Shown in pieces: positions 20,211-30,164 of a stretch of 64,000 nt of DNA. The first letter of the stretch is position 1, and every line of letters begins with the position of its first letter. Both the position numbers and the translations under genes were made by a program. Source of the stretch: Nitrososphaeraceae archaeon (GTDB lineage: Archaea; Thermoproteota; Nitrososphaeria; Nitrososphaerales; Nitrososphaeraceae); NCBI GenBank assembly GCA_036554685.1, contig DATBMS010000031.1, positions 949-64,948 on the forward strand. The letters run 5' to 3'. The notes under the pieces were generated by a model that had not been told where the DNA came from, did not search any database, and worked only from the letters and a program-made list of their open reading frames with translations.

Positions 20211-21653
20211 ATGAAGAAAAATTTAAGCAACAGAATTTTACTTGCGTATTTCATACTTGCAATATTATTCTCATTTAACCTTTCTATACCACAATTAGTG
20301 CAAAACTCAGAAGCATATCCATCAGTCTATGTTTCAGAGATTGCAGCTAAAGATAATCCGTTTTACAAATCATCTGGAGCCGACCAAATCATTTATGACT
20401 ATTTCCCTACCACTGAGAAGAAAGTATCTAACTCCAATACTAATGATATGATTAACCAATTGATAGATAGTTTGATCCAGGAAAAGGTTGCAAAACCAGA
20501 AATATGTGGAGACGGTCAGGATAACGATGGAAACGGACAGATTGATGAATACTGTGATGTAAGCAATATTCCACCACAGGATGATAATCAATCCCCTCAA
20601 GTAGAACCTGAACAGGAAATATGTGGAGACGGTCAGGATAACGATGGAAACGGACAGATTGATGAATACTGTGATGTAAGCAATATTCCACCACAGGATG
20701 ATAATCAATCCCCACAAGTAGAACCTGAACAGGAAATATGTGGAGACGGTCAGGATAACGATGGAAACGGACAGATTGATGAATACTGTGATGTAAGCAA
20801 TATTCCTCTAGATGTCGAACAGTCAAGTGATGACAATAATCAGAAGGATGACAGCCAGTCAACTGATGAAAAAAAAAACTTTGACAAATTTGGAGTAAGT
20901 AAAATCTATCCAACAAAGAAGGACGGGGAACAATGGTATCTCAAATCAAATCCCGACAGCGACACTAGGTTTTCACCTCAGACTACATTGACAAAGAATC
21001 CTGATGGTTCATTTAAGATAAAATCAATTAAAGTAAGAATGGGTGTATTTACCTCTTCTGGATTTCATCCTGAAGAAATTAAGACGTTAAATCACGACAA
21101 AATTGCCTTAGCAGGATACATGCAATCTCCAAACGATTGGAAAGATGTAGAGATAACAGGATATGTTAAGCTTAACAGTGGTAATAATGACAATTTTGTG
21201 TGGTATGCCAGAGGAGCAAGACACACTGGATATGGATCACCCCAAGGATGCGAGGGCGTTGCATATAAGGGCGACTTATTTTATGATGGCTCGACCAGAT
21301 TCTCAAAAGAACAATGGCACCCTGGAGGTTATGTCTTTGGAGAATTTGGAAAAAATATTGGACCTATCAAAGACAAGTGGGTGGGACTGAAGGTAATCAT
21401 GTACAACATGGTCCAGGACGACAAAACTATGGTAAAATTAGAGCTATGGGTGGATAAAAACAATAATAATGATTGGACCAAGGCTGCTGAGAAAATAGAC
21501 AAAGGTGGCTGGGGAAATACTGGTGGTGAATGCGGAGGAGAAGCTGATCAGATTATTACATGGGGCGGCCCAATTGCCACTTTCAGATGGGATGGCGCTA
21601 CAGACGTAGATTTCAAGAAATTTAGCGTAAGGGAAATTGAACCTCTCAACTAG
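20211..21653 (+). CDS. Secreted protein: signal/anchor, 3 MopE-like metal-binding repeats, C-terminal Trp-rich beta-sandwich domain
   Basis: Hydrophobic N-terminus; EICGDGQDNDGNGQIDEYC x3; aromatic-rich C-domain. Confidence 0.8.
   Translation: MKKNLSNRILLAYFILAILFSFNLSIPQLVQNSEAYPSVYVSEIAAKDNPFYKSSGADQIIYDYFPTTEKKVSNSNTNDMINQLIDSLIQEKVAKPEICGDGQDNDGNGQIDEYCDVSNIPPQDDNQSPQVEPEQEICGDGQDNDGNGQIDEYCDVSNIPPQDDNQSPQVEPEQEICGDGQDNDGNGQIDEYCDVSNIPLDVEQSSDDNNQKDDSQSTDEKKNFDKFGVSKIYPTKKDGEQWYLKSNPDSDTRFSPQTTLTKNPDGSFKIKSIKVRMGVFTSSGFHPEEIKTLNHDKIALAGYMQSPNDWKDVEITGYVKLNSGNNDNFVWYARGARHTGYGSPQGCEGVAYKGDLFYDGSTRFSKEQWHPGGYVFGEFGKNIGPIKDKWVGLKVIMYNMVQDDKTMVKLELWVDKNNNNDWTKAAEKIDKGGWGNTGGECGGEADQIITWGGPIATFRWDGATDVDFKKFSVREIEPLN
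20499..20806 (+). repeat. Intragenic 117-bp tandem repeat (~2.6 copies)
   Basis: GAAATATGTGGAGACGGTCAGG recurs at 20499, 20616 and 20733; units are almost identical. Confidence 0.95.
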
Positions 21654-21786
21654 GTTAACCCTTTTTTGCAATACAATCATGTTTATGTTTATTGCAATAA
21701 CAAAATTAATAAGAAAAATGAACTCTATATGTAGTGAATTACCCATAATGACGTTATTATCTAGTTATTCAGATAGGTGTCTATGA

Positions 21787-23217
21787 ATGACCTTACAAGA
21801 ACAAACTTCACGCTATTCAGAGCTTGAAAAAAGGAAATGGCTAGTAAGAGTTCTGATAGTAATTGCAGTGGGATGTGTTTTAGGGGCGAAAGTATATTTT
21901 ACTATCTATCTTGTTGATCCGTTAGTAGGTATCTACAGTATTCTCACTAGTTTTGTTTTATTGTGTGTCCTAGTGCTTTCCTATTTTAAGTATAAGGACC
22001 CTTATTTGGATGCTAAAAACGTTGATATTTCAAATGGTCCTCTAATAAGTATAGTAGTACCAGCAAAAAATGAGGACAAGAATATTCGAAACTGCGTTCA
22101 ATCATGTTTGAATCAAACGTATAGGAATAAGGAAATAATTGTTGTAAATGATGGTAGTACCGACGGGACTGGAGAAATTCTTGATGAAATGCGTAAAGAA
22201 AACCGCACAGACGATTTACGTATTTTGCATCTTTCTAAGAGCGTTGGAAAGAAAAAGGCTGTAGAAGCAGCAAGTGAGATAGCTCGGGGTGAAATTTATG
22301 CATTTATGGACAGTGATTGTGACATGGCAATTGACGCTGTAGAGAAAGCCGCTAAAATATTCTATAACGATAGAAAATTAGGTGCATTGACCTGTCATGG
22401 GACAGTTAGGAGTGCGCTACGCGGAAACACAATGGAAAAGTTTCAACAAGTGTACATAGATATATCTTGTAGATCAATTAAAGCTGCCGAGAGTTCATTT
22501 AATTCAGTAACATGCTGTTCTGGATCGCTCAGCTTTTACAGGCGAGTGGCAATTCAGGACTTTATTCACGAGTGGGCCAATGACAGATTTTTGGGTATGG
22601 ATTTTAAATTCTGTACTGATAGGAGAATGACGGCGCATATTTTGGGCACTCGTACAACACTTGATACTTTACGTAATAAGAAACGTGAACATATGCCTAT
22701 CTTGCAGACAGGCGACGATGATATTGAAACAATGAAAAAATCATTGGATCCTGATGCTGAATTTTCCAACCGTCCCATAAAATGGAATGTGGAATACTCA
22801 AACAGCATCAGAGTAAACGTGGGTGTGCCCAAAACATTCGGATCTCTAGCAAGACAACAAATACGTTGGAAGAAGAGCTTTATTCGCAGTCTTTTTGCAA
22901 CTGGTGGAATATATTGGAAAAGACCTTCATTTATTGCGCTTTTATATTATATTCAAACTGCTATGAAGCTAATTAGACCATACGTTCTTTTTTACACTAT
23001 AGCAATTTTGCCGATTAAAGGAGATTATATTTCAGTGTTATTCTGGATTGCAGGAGTAATGTTTACAGGAATGATTTATGCAGTAGAGTACAGGTTAAGA
23101 AACCCTGATGATGGGCTATGGCTGTATAGACCGCCCTTTACATTCATTACTACTTTCGTGTACACTTGGCTTCTGATATATTCGGCAATAACTATTAGAA
23201 ATAAGAGTTGGAGATAA
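21787..23217 (+). CDS. Processive GT2 glycosyltransferase, hyaluronan synthase/NodC-like
   Basis: N-terminal TMs, NDGSTD, GKK.A, DSD, CSGSLSFYRR, TDRRMT, QQIRW.KSF.R, C-terminal TMs. Confidence 0.88.
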   Translation: MTLQEQTSRYSELEKRKWLVRVLIVIAVGCVLGAKVYFTIYLVDPLVGIYSILTSFVLLCVLVLSYFKYKDPYLDAKNVDISNGPLISIVVPAKNEDKNIRNCVQSCLNQTYRNKEIIVVNDGSTDGTGEILDEMRKENRTDDLRILHLSKSVGKKKAVEAASEIARGEIYAFMDSDCDMAIDAVEKAAKIFYNDRKLGALTCHGTVRSALRGNTMEKFQQVYIDISCRSIKAAESSFNSVTCCSGSLSFYRRVAIQDFIHEWANDRFLGMDFKFCTDRRMTAHILGTRTTLDTLRNKKREHMPILQTGDDDIETMKKSLDPDAEFSNRPIKWNVEYSNSIRVNVGVPKTFGSLARQQIRWKKSFIRSLFATGGIYWKRPSFIALLYYIQTAMKLIRPYVLFYTIAILPIKGDYISVLFWIAGVMFTGMIYAVEYRLRNPDDGLWLYRPPFTFITTFVYTWLLIYSAITIRNKSWR

Positions 23218-23276
23218 TAAAAACCTGATTCTGCCCTTGGGCAACTCGACCATTCTCTTGCAAGTGATTCTTCATA

Positions 23277-23510
23277 ATGACCTATATTAGTGCAATACTT
23301 GTTACCTTTATAATGATAGTAGGGTTTTCAGTGATTATGATGAAATTTACCGGATATTGGCCGTGTAAGATTGGTGAGGTACTTGAAATAAAGGATATTA
23401 GCTGCGGAAAAAACTTCCAACAAAATATGGATGTCATACTAAATTCAAGTCATATTACATTACCTTTCAATTTTCCACTACTATCTCTTCAAAATATCGT
23501 ACTACGGTGA
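23277..23510 (+). CDS. Small single-TM hypothetical protein
   Basis: N-terminal TM, two Cys; directly behind the GT2; 3' end overlaps the convergent ATP-grasp gene. Confidence 0.45.
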   Translation: MTYISAILVTFIMIVGFSVIMMKFTGYWPCKIGEVLEIKDISCGKNFQQNMDVILNSSHITLPFNFPLLSLQNIVLR

Positions 23511-24414
23511 TTTCAGATATCTTCGGTATTTTGAGTTTCTTTCCTTTTACCATATCCAAGATCATTGCGGGGAAATTTGCTCCCGCCAGGGTAGTGAATA
23601 AAGTACCACCTCCCAACCGTGGATTAACTTCAACTATTTGGAGGATACCTTCTTCTGATTCCTTCATCTGAATGCAACACGGTCCTCTTATTTTCAGATA
23701 TTTTGCAACCGATTTGCACGTTTCAGAAATATTTTCATCCTTGACAATTTTACCCATGGTTGAGATTCCTGCCCTTGTCTGAAGTCTGATTCTAGGAACG
23801 GCAATTATTGGTTCACCTTCCAAGTTTGAGAGTACATCTATTGTATATTCGGTACCAGGTAAATATTGTTGAAAAATCAAGTCATCTTGTTTTGATAGAA
23901 CATATTTCAAATCATTTTCATTATCTATTTTTACAATACCTTTGCTTCCTTTTCCATATCTTGGTTTTGCAATTAGTGGAAATCCCTCTATTTTCCTTGA
24001 GTCTAATGTAGTGAAAGGCAATTCGAATTTTTTCGAAAGATAATTAAAAGTCTGCATCTTGTCTCTGCATGTCTCCATAGTCTTTTCATCACTTACTACC
24101 GGTAATGCCCCTAATTTCAATAATTTTTCCTTGTACTTACTATAAGGGTAGATATCATACCCGGAAGATGGCATAAGAATACTAATCTTATGTTTTGCGA
24201 TTATTTCAAATAGCCGAGTTAAATATAATTTGCTTTCTATTTCTGGTAACAGTTCATGAGCATCAGACATGTAAAATCCCGCTGAAACACGGTTTGTATC
24301 AGAACTAACGATCCTTACTGGATATTTTACCATTTTCAGAGATTTTATGGTGTTAATTGCAGCCGGTGCGGAAGCACCCGGAACCAAAATAGTGGAATTT
24401 GATAGCCCTTTCAA
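23467..24414 (-). CDS. ATP-grasp ligase (CarB-like, stand-alone)
   Basis: CRDK, AKPRYGKGSKG, QQYLPGTEYTID, EVNPRLGGG. Confidence 0.88.
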   Translation of the reverse strand: MKGLSNSTILVPGASAPAAINTIKSLKMVKYPVRIVSSDTNRVSAGFYMSDAHELLPEIESKLYLTRLFEIIAKHKISILMPSSGYDIYPYSKYKEKLLKLGALPVVSDEKTMETCRDKMQTFNYLSKKFELPFTTLDSRKIEGFPLIAKPRYGKGSKGIVKIDNENDLKYVLSKQDDLIFQQYLPGTEYTIDVLSNLEGEPIIAVPRIRLQTRAGISTMGKIVKDENISETCKSVAKYLKIRGPCCIQMKESEEGILQIVEVNPRLGGGTLFTTLAGANFPAMILDMVKGKKLKIPKISEITVVRYFEEIVVEN

Positions 24415-24541
24415 GCAGTATTCCTTATCCGAATTAAAATTTTGTTTAGTATCATATAAAAATTTTGAGAGATTTTCGGCTTGCTATTTGATTTAAGATT
24501 TCAAAACAAATTAAATATGCAACTAGATTATCAAAGGGTAC

Positions 24542-25165
24542 TTGCTCGACCTAAAGAAAGACCATCATGTCCATAGCAACTATAATGATCATTCACCTCA
24601 GGAATTATCGATTGAAAAAGTAACAAGGTATGCAGAAAAGATTGAGTTAAGTACTTTGGCCTTTACAGAACATGTTAGAAAGACTTCTGATTGGATACCA
24701 AGATATTTGGAGGAAATAGACAAAATTGTAGCATCTGGAACTAAGATAACTATAATTTCTGGTTTTGAAGCAAAAATACTAAAGGATGGCACAGTTGATT
24801 TTCCAACCGAATATGAAGGTCATTTTCTGATTGCAAGTTTTCATACAAGGTATAACAATAAGGAAGATTGGCTCTCAGCTCTGAAATCCGTAATTGAATT
24901 ACCGTATGTGAACGTTATTGGTCATTTGGCCCCTGAAGAATCATTTGACTTGACAGATGATGAATTGGTTGAATTATCACAACTATTAAAACTAAATTAT
25001 AAGGTTGTAGAGATAAACGCGAAATATCGCAGGCCTCCTATGGAATGGTTAAGAATTTTCAAAGATAATAATGTAAATTTTCACTTAGGTAGTGACGCTC
25101 ACAATTTGATTGAAGTGGGTAACTTCAATTCTATAAACAACCTAATAGAATATGTCAATTATTAA
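24542..25165 (+). CDS. PHP-family metallo-phosphoesterase
   Basis: DHHVHS, FTEH, GFE, SFH, IGH, EIN, LGSDAH. Confidence 0.88.
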   Translation: MLDLKKDHHVHSNYNDHSPQELSIEKVTRYAEKIELSTLAFTEHVRKTSDWIPRYLEEIDKIVASGTKITIISGFEAKILKDGTVDFPTEYEGHFLIASFHTRYNNKEDWLSALKSVIELPYVNVIGHLAPEESFDLTDDELVELSQLLKLNYKVVEINAKYRRPPMEWLRIFKDNNVNFHLGSDAHNLIEVGNFNSINNLIEYVNY

Positions 25166-25431
25166 AAATGACTCAGCAGTTGCAACAGAACCTATGCAAC
25201 TACAATTAATGATAACGCGATAGGCAATTGCAATCCTTAATAGTGCTATACAAAGGATCAATATTTTTGATAATTTAAAAAAGAACAACTATGTGAAATA
25301 CTATAACGAATTTATTTCCATCATTTAATTATTTTTTAGTCTTCTATGTTGAAGATGTCAATCTAAATTGGTAATAAACAATAATCTTTAAATTATGTAA
25401 ATAGGATATAGTAGGGAGATTTTTCATTTAT

Positions 25432-26673
25432 ATGGCCAAGATAGTAATTATTGATTCACAAATTGCTGGAATTTCTGGCGACATGCTTCTAAGCAGTCTA
25501 ATTGATGTTGGTGCAAATAAAAAAAAAGTTATTGATTCCATTTATGTTTGCCAGAATTATTTTGAAGGATCCAAAATACGCAATGTAGACTTTGTAAAAA
25601 CAAGCTCTTGTGGAATTTCATGCACCAAGTTTTTGTTTGATTATAAGGATTCAGCAAACTCACGAATAGGAACTGAAGTATACAGAGCGATTGCTGCTTG
25701 TAGCGATTCATTGAATTTACCAAATGTTGCTAAATCATTTGTTCTCAATTCTATGAAAAAGATAATTCAAGCAGAATCAAAAATTCATGGAAGAAGTTAT
25801 ACCAGCGTCCGATTGCATGAAGTTTCAACTATCGATACTGCAGCAGACCTAATAGGTACGGCTGTTGCCTTGGATAATCTGGACCTTCTTTCAAAAAAAT
25901 TCTATGTGACTGATGTGGCTGTTGGTAACGGATTATTAGAATTTTCTCACGGCGTAGTTCCAAATCCTGGCAATGCAATTTTGGAGATTTTAAGTGATAG
26001 ACAAATATTACTAGTACCTGGTAAACTTGATGGAGAGCTGACTACTCCTACCGGTGCGGCTATGCTGGTCAACCTAGCTTCGGAGCATATCTCTCAATAT
26101 CCTCCAATCACACCTGAAAAAATAGGAAATGGTGGTGGACAAAAAGAGAGTAAAAATGTTGCGAACATACTTAGATTAGTCATTGGAAGTTCAAACTTAA
26201 AGTTGGATTATACTTCTGAAAGTGTCTATGAGTTTGAAACTAATGTTGATGATGTTACAGGCGAGATAATCGGAAACATGATAGATGTCCTCTACGCAAA
26301 TAATGCAAAGGATGTTACTGTGCTAAATGGTATATCTAAAAAAAACAGGCCCTCATTTGTAGTCAAAGTATTGGCAGACAAATCATCCAGAGACGCTCTT
26401 ATTCAAATTCTTTTAAATGAAACAGGTTCCCTTGGATGCAGAGTAAGTGAAGTAAATAGAATAACAACATCTAGATCTTTCATAACTCTTCCCATAGCCA
26501 TTGAGAATCGCAAATTTGAAGTAAAGGTAAAGATTTCAAAGAATGGAAATGGATCAATTAAGTCCGTAAAGCCAGAATATGAGGACATCAAAAATATTTC
26601 AACAGTACTAAGAATTCCTTACAAGAAAGTCTATGATTCAGTGTACCATGAGTTAATAGAAAAATACAAGTGA
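25432..26673 (+). CDS. larC: Nickel pincer cofactor nickel insertase LarC
   Basis: AGISGDMLL, ES.IHG..LHEV, HG.VP.P, ELTTPTGAA, ETNVDD, KKNRP, KPEYED. Confidence 0.93.
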   Translation: MAKIVIIDSQIAGISGDMLLSSLIDVGANKKKVIDSIYVCQNYFEGSKIRNVDFVKTSSCGISCTKFLFDYKDSANSRIGTEVYRAIAACSDSLNLPNVAKSFVLNSMKKIIQAESKIHGRSYTSVRLHEVSTIDTAADLIGTAVALDNLDLLSKKFYVTDVAVGNGLLEFSHGVVPNPGNAILEILSDRQILLVPGKLDGELTTPTGAAMLVNLASEHISQYPPITPEKIGNGGGQKESKNVANILRLVIGSSNLKLDYTSESVYEFETNVDDVTGEIIGNMIDVLYANNAKDVTVLNGISKKNRPSFVVKVLADKSSRDALIQILLNETGSLGCRVSEVNRITTSRSFITLPIAIENRKFEVKVKISKNGNGSIKSVKPEYEDIKNISTVLRIPYKKVYDSVYHELIEKYK

Positions 26674-27506
26674 TAATGAGTTTGGAGGATAAATTTTTTC
26701 AACAATTAGTATCATGGTTTCATGATAAAAATCAAAAGGCCATAGTTGCATTGTCGGGAGGAGTAGATAGTGCTGTTGTTGCTATGGCAGCAAAGAAAGC
26801 ATTGGACGAAAACGCAATTGCTATTACTGCAAATTATAACACTCTTTCTGCTGACGAATTAAAGTCTGCAAAAAAAATTGCAAAGGAAATAAACATTGAA
26901 CATAAAATAATAAAATATAATGAGTTAGACAATATAGAATTTGTCAAGAATGATTCGTTACGATGTTATCATTGTAGGACTGAATTGTCAACATATTTGT
27001 TGAAGGAAGCAAGACAAATGAATGTACATTTGATTGCAGATGGTACAAATACAGACGATTTGGCTGATTATCGGCCAGGAATCAAAGCCTTGAGAGAAAA
27101 TGGTATCCAAAGTCCTCTTGTAGAACTAGGCATAAACAAGCAAAATGTAAGAAATATTGCTAAATCAAATAATTTATCAGTATATGACAAACCCTCAAAT
27201 TCATGCTTGGCTTCAAGAATACCGCATGGAATGCCAGTAACATTTGAAAAATTAAAAAGAATAGAAACAGCAGAATCATTGGTCAAGTCAATTTTCAAAG
27301 TCAAACAGGTAAGAGTCAGAGATCATCAAGACATCGCAAGAATTGAAGTCGGTAGAGGAGAAATAAAAGATATGTTTGATACAATTAAACTCTCAGAAAT
27401 AGATTCAAAATTAAAAGACTTGGGATTCATACATATAGCGTTAGATCTATCAGGCTACAAAAGCAAAGAGAATATCAATACGCCGTCAAGCAATAAAAAA
27501 ATTTAG
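26670..27506 (+). CDS. larE: ATP-dependent sulfur transferase LarE
   Basis: SGGVDS, RCYHC, DGTN.DD..DYRPG, CLASRIP, VRVR.H..ARIEV. Confidence 0.93.
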   Translation: MIMSLEDKFFQQLVSWFHDKNQKAIVALSGGVDSAVVAMAAKKALDENAIAITANYNTLSADELKSAKKIAKEINIEHKIIKYNELDNIEFVKNDSLRCYHCRTELSTYLLKEARQMNVHLIADGTNTDDLADYRPGIKALRENGIQSPLVELGINKQNVRNIAKSNNLSVYDKPSNSCLASRIPHGMPVTFEKLKRIETAESLVKSIFKVKQVRVRDHQDIARIEVGRGEIKDMFDTIKLSEIDSKLKDLGFIHIALDLSGYKSKENINTPSSNKKI

Positions 27507-27595
27507 CTCTAGAACAAGTCGGCACAAATTCCATTTCCATTTGAATGGTTGATTTTGATAGAAAGATTAACATTGAGCAGATTACAAAAAAAGAC

Positions 27596-28075
27596 ATGGC
27601 TAAACTAAGAGAAGGAGATGTGGCTCCTGATTTTGAATTACCCGATATTGACATGAACATGCATAAACTTAGAGAGTTTAGAGGCAAGAATACGTTACTG
27701 GCATTCTTTCCAGCTGCAGAATCTCCAGTGTGCACTACTGAAATGTGCGTTTTCAGAGACTCTCTGAGCGAATTTGAAAATAATAATACCGCAGTATTAG
27801 GCATTTCAGTAGATGGTCCATTCGCAAATAAAATATTCAAAGTAAACAGACACCTGAATTTCCATCTTTTGAGTGATTACAAGAAACAAACAATTAGTGA
27901 CTATGATATAGTAATGAAGGATCTTGGACCATTGAAGGATTACAATGCGGCAAAAAGATCTGTCTTCCTACTAGACAAAGAGGGAGTAATTAAGTATATT
28001 TGGATTTCAGACAATCCACTAATTGAGCCAAATTATGATGAAATTAGAAGTAAATTAAAAGAAATCAATAACTGA
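27596..28075 (+). CDS. Peroxiredoxin (AhpC/TSA, BCP/AhpE-like)
   Basis: APDFEL, FFPAAESPVCTTE (PxxxSxxC), GISVD, LLSD, KRSVF. Confidence 0.88.
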   Translation: MAKLREGDVAPDFELPDIDMNMHKLREFRGKNTLLAFFPAAESPVCTTEMCVFRDSLSEFENNNTAVLGISVDGPFANKIFKVNRHLNFHLLSDYKKQTISDYDIVMKDLGPLKDYNAAKRSVFLLDKEGVIKYIWISDNPLIEPNYDEIRSKLKEINN

Positions 28076-28126
28076 AATGCAGGTTACAAAACATGTTTGA
28101 GTAATATCCAATACAGGATTGTTCTT

Positions 28127-28639
28127 TTATTCTATTACTGCCACAACATCGTTTCTTGATACGGTATCGCCTATTTTTACCTTTGTGTCTCTAATTTGAC
28201 CGTCTTTATGAGCCTTTACAGCAACTTGCATCTTCATAGATTCAAGTACAATTACAGAGTCTCCTTTTTTTATTTGATCACCTGCCTTTACCATAATGGA
28301 TACAACTCTACCTGGAATTTGACTGAAGAGCTTGTTTTCTCCGGATGAAGATCCCCCTAATGCCATTGATTTTTCCAAAATTTCAGTTAATTTTGAATGC
28401 TTCTTGAGAATAATTTGCTCTCCATTCATCAACAATTTGATATGAGAGCTTCCGAATTCTAGTATCTTGGCTGTTCTATATGAATTGTCCAAAATAAATT
28501 CCAATATACTATTTTTGAGACCGACTATTTTTATAGAATGTTCTTTACCATTTATAGTAGCAACCATTTTGCCATTTCCACTATATTCGTTAATTGAACC
28601 TGATAGTATGTTATCTGAGTTATCTATCTTAAATTCCAT
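28127..28639 (-). CDS. accB: Biotin carboxyl carrier subunit of acetyl/propionyl-CoA carboxylase
   Basis: ESMKM biotinylation motif. Confidence 0.93.
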   Translation of the reverse strand: MEFKIDNSDNILSGSINEYSGNGKMVATINGKEHSIKIVGLKNSILEFILDNSYRTAKILEFGSSHIKLLMNGEQIILKKHSKLTEILEKSMALGGSSSGENKLFSQIPGRVVSIMVKAGDQIKKGDSVIVLESMKMQVAVKAHKDGQIRDTKVKIGDTVSRNDVVAVIE

Positions 28640-30152
28640 TTTCAATATTTCCTGTTCTTACCCAGTTAGACAAAGAACGCTCTTTTGATGAATTTCCCGC
28701 ACTGTATTGTCCCTTCAGATATTCTGAAAAAAGAAGAGCAGCGGCAATTGCCGTATCAGATTCCTTTAGGTGCTTTTCTTTGAGTTCACCTTGCATTACA
28801 TTTAACATATTGTACTTTTCTAAGTAATCTGTGGAGATGTTTCCATTAATAAAGTTCTTCTCATCCATTATTGTTCTGTATAAAGGAATAGTAGTGTTTA
28901 TTCCCTCTATCACAAATTCATCCAGCGCGTTGGACATTCTTACTCTTGCTTCATTAAAGTCTTGTCCCCATGTTATTAATTTTGCGACCAAAGAGTCATA
29001 ATAGCCTGACACATTGCACCCAGGGTACAAATATGTATCCACCCTAACACCAGGTCCATACGGAAGATTGCAATCTGGTACAAGTCCAACTGATGGCACA
29101 AAGTCATGAAATGGATCTTCAGCGTTTATTCTGCATTCAATTGCTGAACCGTTCAGATTGAGATCGGATTGTTTAAATGGAATCTCCTCACCACACGCAA
29201 TTCTAATCTGCAATTTAACGAGGTCAATGCCTGTGACTAATTCTGTCACAGGATGCTCAACCTGGAGACGAGAGTTAACCTCAATGAAATAAAAATTACC
29301 TTTTTCATCCCTTAAAAATTCAGCAGTCCCTGCATTAAGATAGTCTACCGATTCTGCGGCCCTCACAGCTATTTCTCCTATCTTCGCTCTGGTTTTCTTA
29401 TCTACAACAGAAGATGGAGAAAATTCTATTAACTTTTGATGACGTCTTTGTATGGAACATTCTCGTTCAAATAGATGTCTGCCGTTGCCACTGGAGTCTC
29501 TAGCGAGTTGGAACTCTATGTGTCTTATTCCTTGAAGGAATTTTTCAACATACAGTCCAGACTTACCAAACGCTGCCCTTGATTCAGCAGCTGCCATTTC
29601 AAATTCTTCTCTAAGTTTCTTTTCGTCATCCGCAAACCGGATACCTCTGCCACCGCCACCGTATGCAGATTTAAGCAGAACAGGATATCCAGCTTCTTGA
29701 GCAATCTCAACTGCCTTATCAACTTCTTCCAAGATATCATCGCTACCTGGTATTGTTGGAACTTCAGCTTTTTTCATTATTTCTTTACACTTCATTTTAT
29801 CACCAGTAAGCGCCATAGCCTCACTTGTCGGACCAATAAAGGTAATTCCCTTTTCTTCACATTTTGCTGCAAAGGTCTCATTTTCGGAAAGAAATCCATA
29901 CCCCGGATGAATTGCTTCAGCGCCTGCACTTTCAGCAATTTCAATTATCTTGTCAATGTTAAGATAACTTTTAGTCGGTGGTGGGGGACCGAGATAGTAT
30001 GTTTCATCGGCACTCTTCACATGTTTTGATCGTAAATCCTCATCCGAATAAAGTGCAATAGATTTTATCTTCATTTCCTTGCAGGCTCTAATCACTCTTA
30101 GTGCTATCTCGCCCCTATTTGCAATTAGTATACTTGAAATTAATTTTACCAT
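28629..30152 (-). CDS. accC: Biotin carboxylase subunit
   Basis: ANRGEIA, HPGYGFLSEN, GGGGRG, ERECSIQRRHQK, RLQVEHPVTE. Confidence 0.96.
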   Translation of the reverse strand: MVKLISSILIANRGEIALRVIRACKEMKIKSIALYSDEDLRSKHVKSADETYYLGPPPPTKSYLNIDKIIEIAESAGAEAIHPGYGFLSENETFAAKCEEKGITFIGPTSEAMALTGDKMKCKEIMKKAEVPTIPGSDDILEEVDKAVEIAQEAGYPVLLKSAYGGGGRGIRFADDEKKLREEFEMAAAESRAAFGKSGLYVEKFLQGIRHIEFQLARDSSGNGRHLFERECSIQRRHQKLIEFSPSSVVDKKTRAKIGEIAVRAAESVDYLNAGTAEFLRDEKGNFYFIEVNSRLQVEHPVTELVTGIDLVKLQIRIACGEEIPFKQSDLNLNGSAIECRINAEDPFHDFVPSVGLVPDCNLPYGPGVRVDTYLYPGCNVSGYYDSLVAKLITWGQDFNEARVRMSNALDEFVIEGINTTIPLYRTIMDEKNFINGNISTDYLEKYNMLNVMQGELKEKHLKESDTAIAAALLFSEYLKGQYSAGNSSKERSLSNWVRTGNIENGI

Positions 30153-30164
30153 TTCATTTCTCCC

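Noticed and set aside
20499-20806. Possible CRISPR array
   Set aside because: Units are contiguous, in-frame 117-bp coding repeats without unique spacers; no cas genes.
20869-20878. A10 run in the secreted protein as a phase-variation switch
   Set aside because: The frame is intact, and similar runs occur in essential genes (e.g. T9 near 31662 in the carboxyltransferase) in this AT-rich genome.
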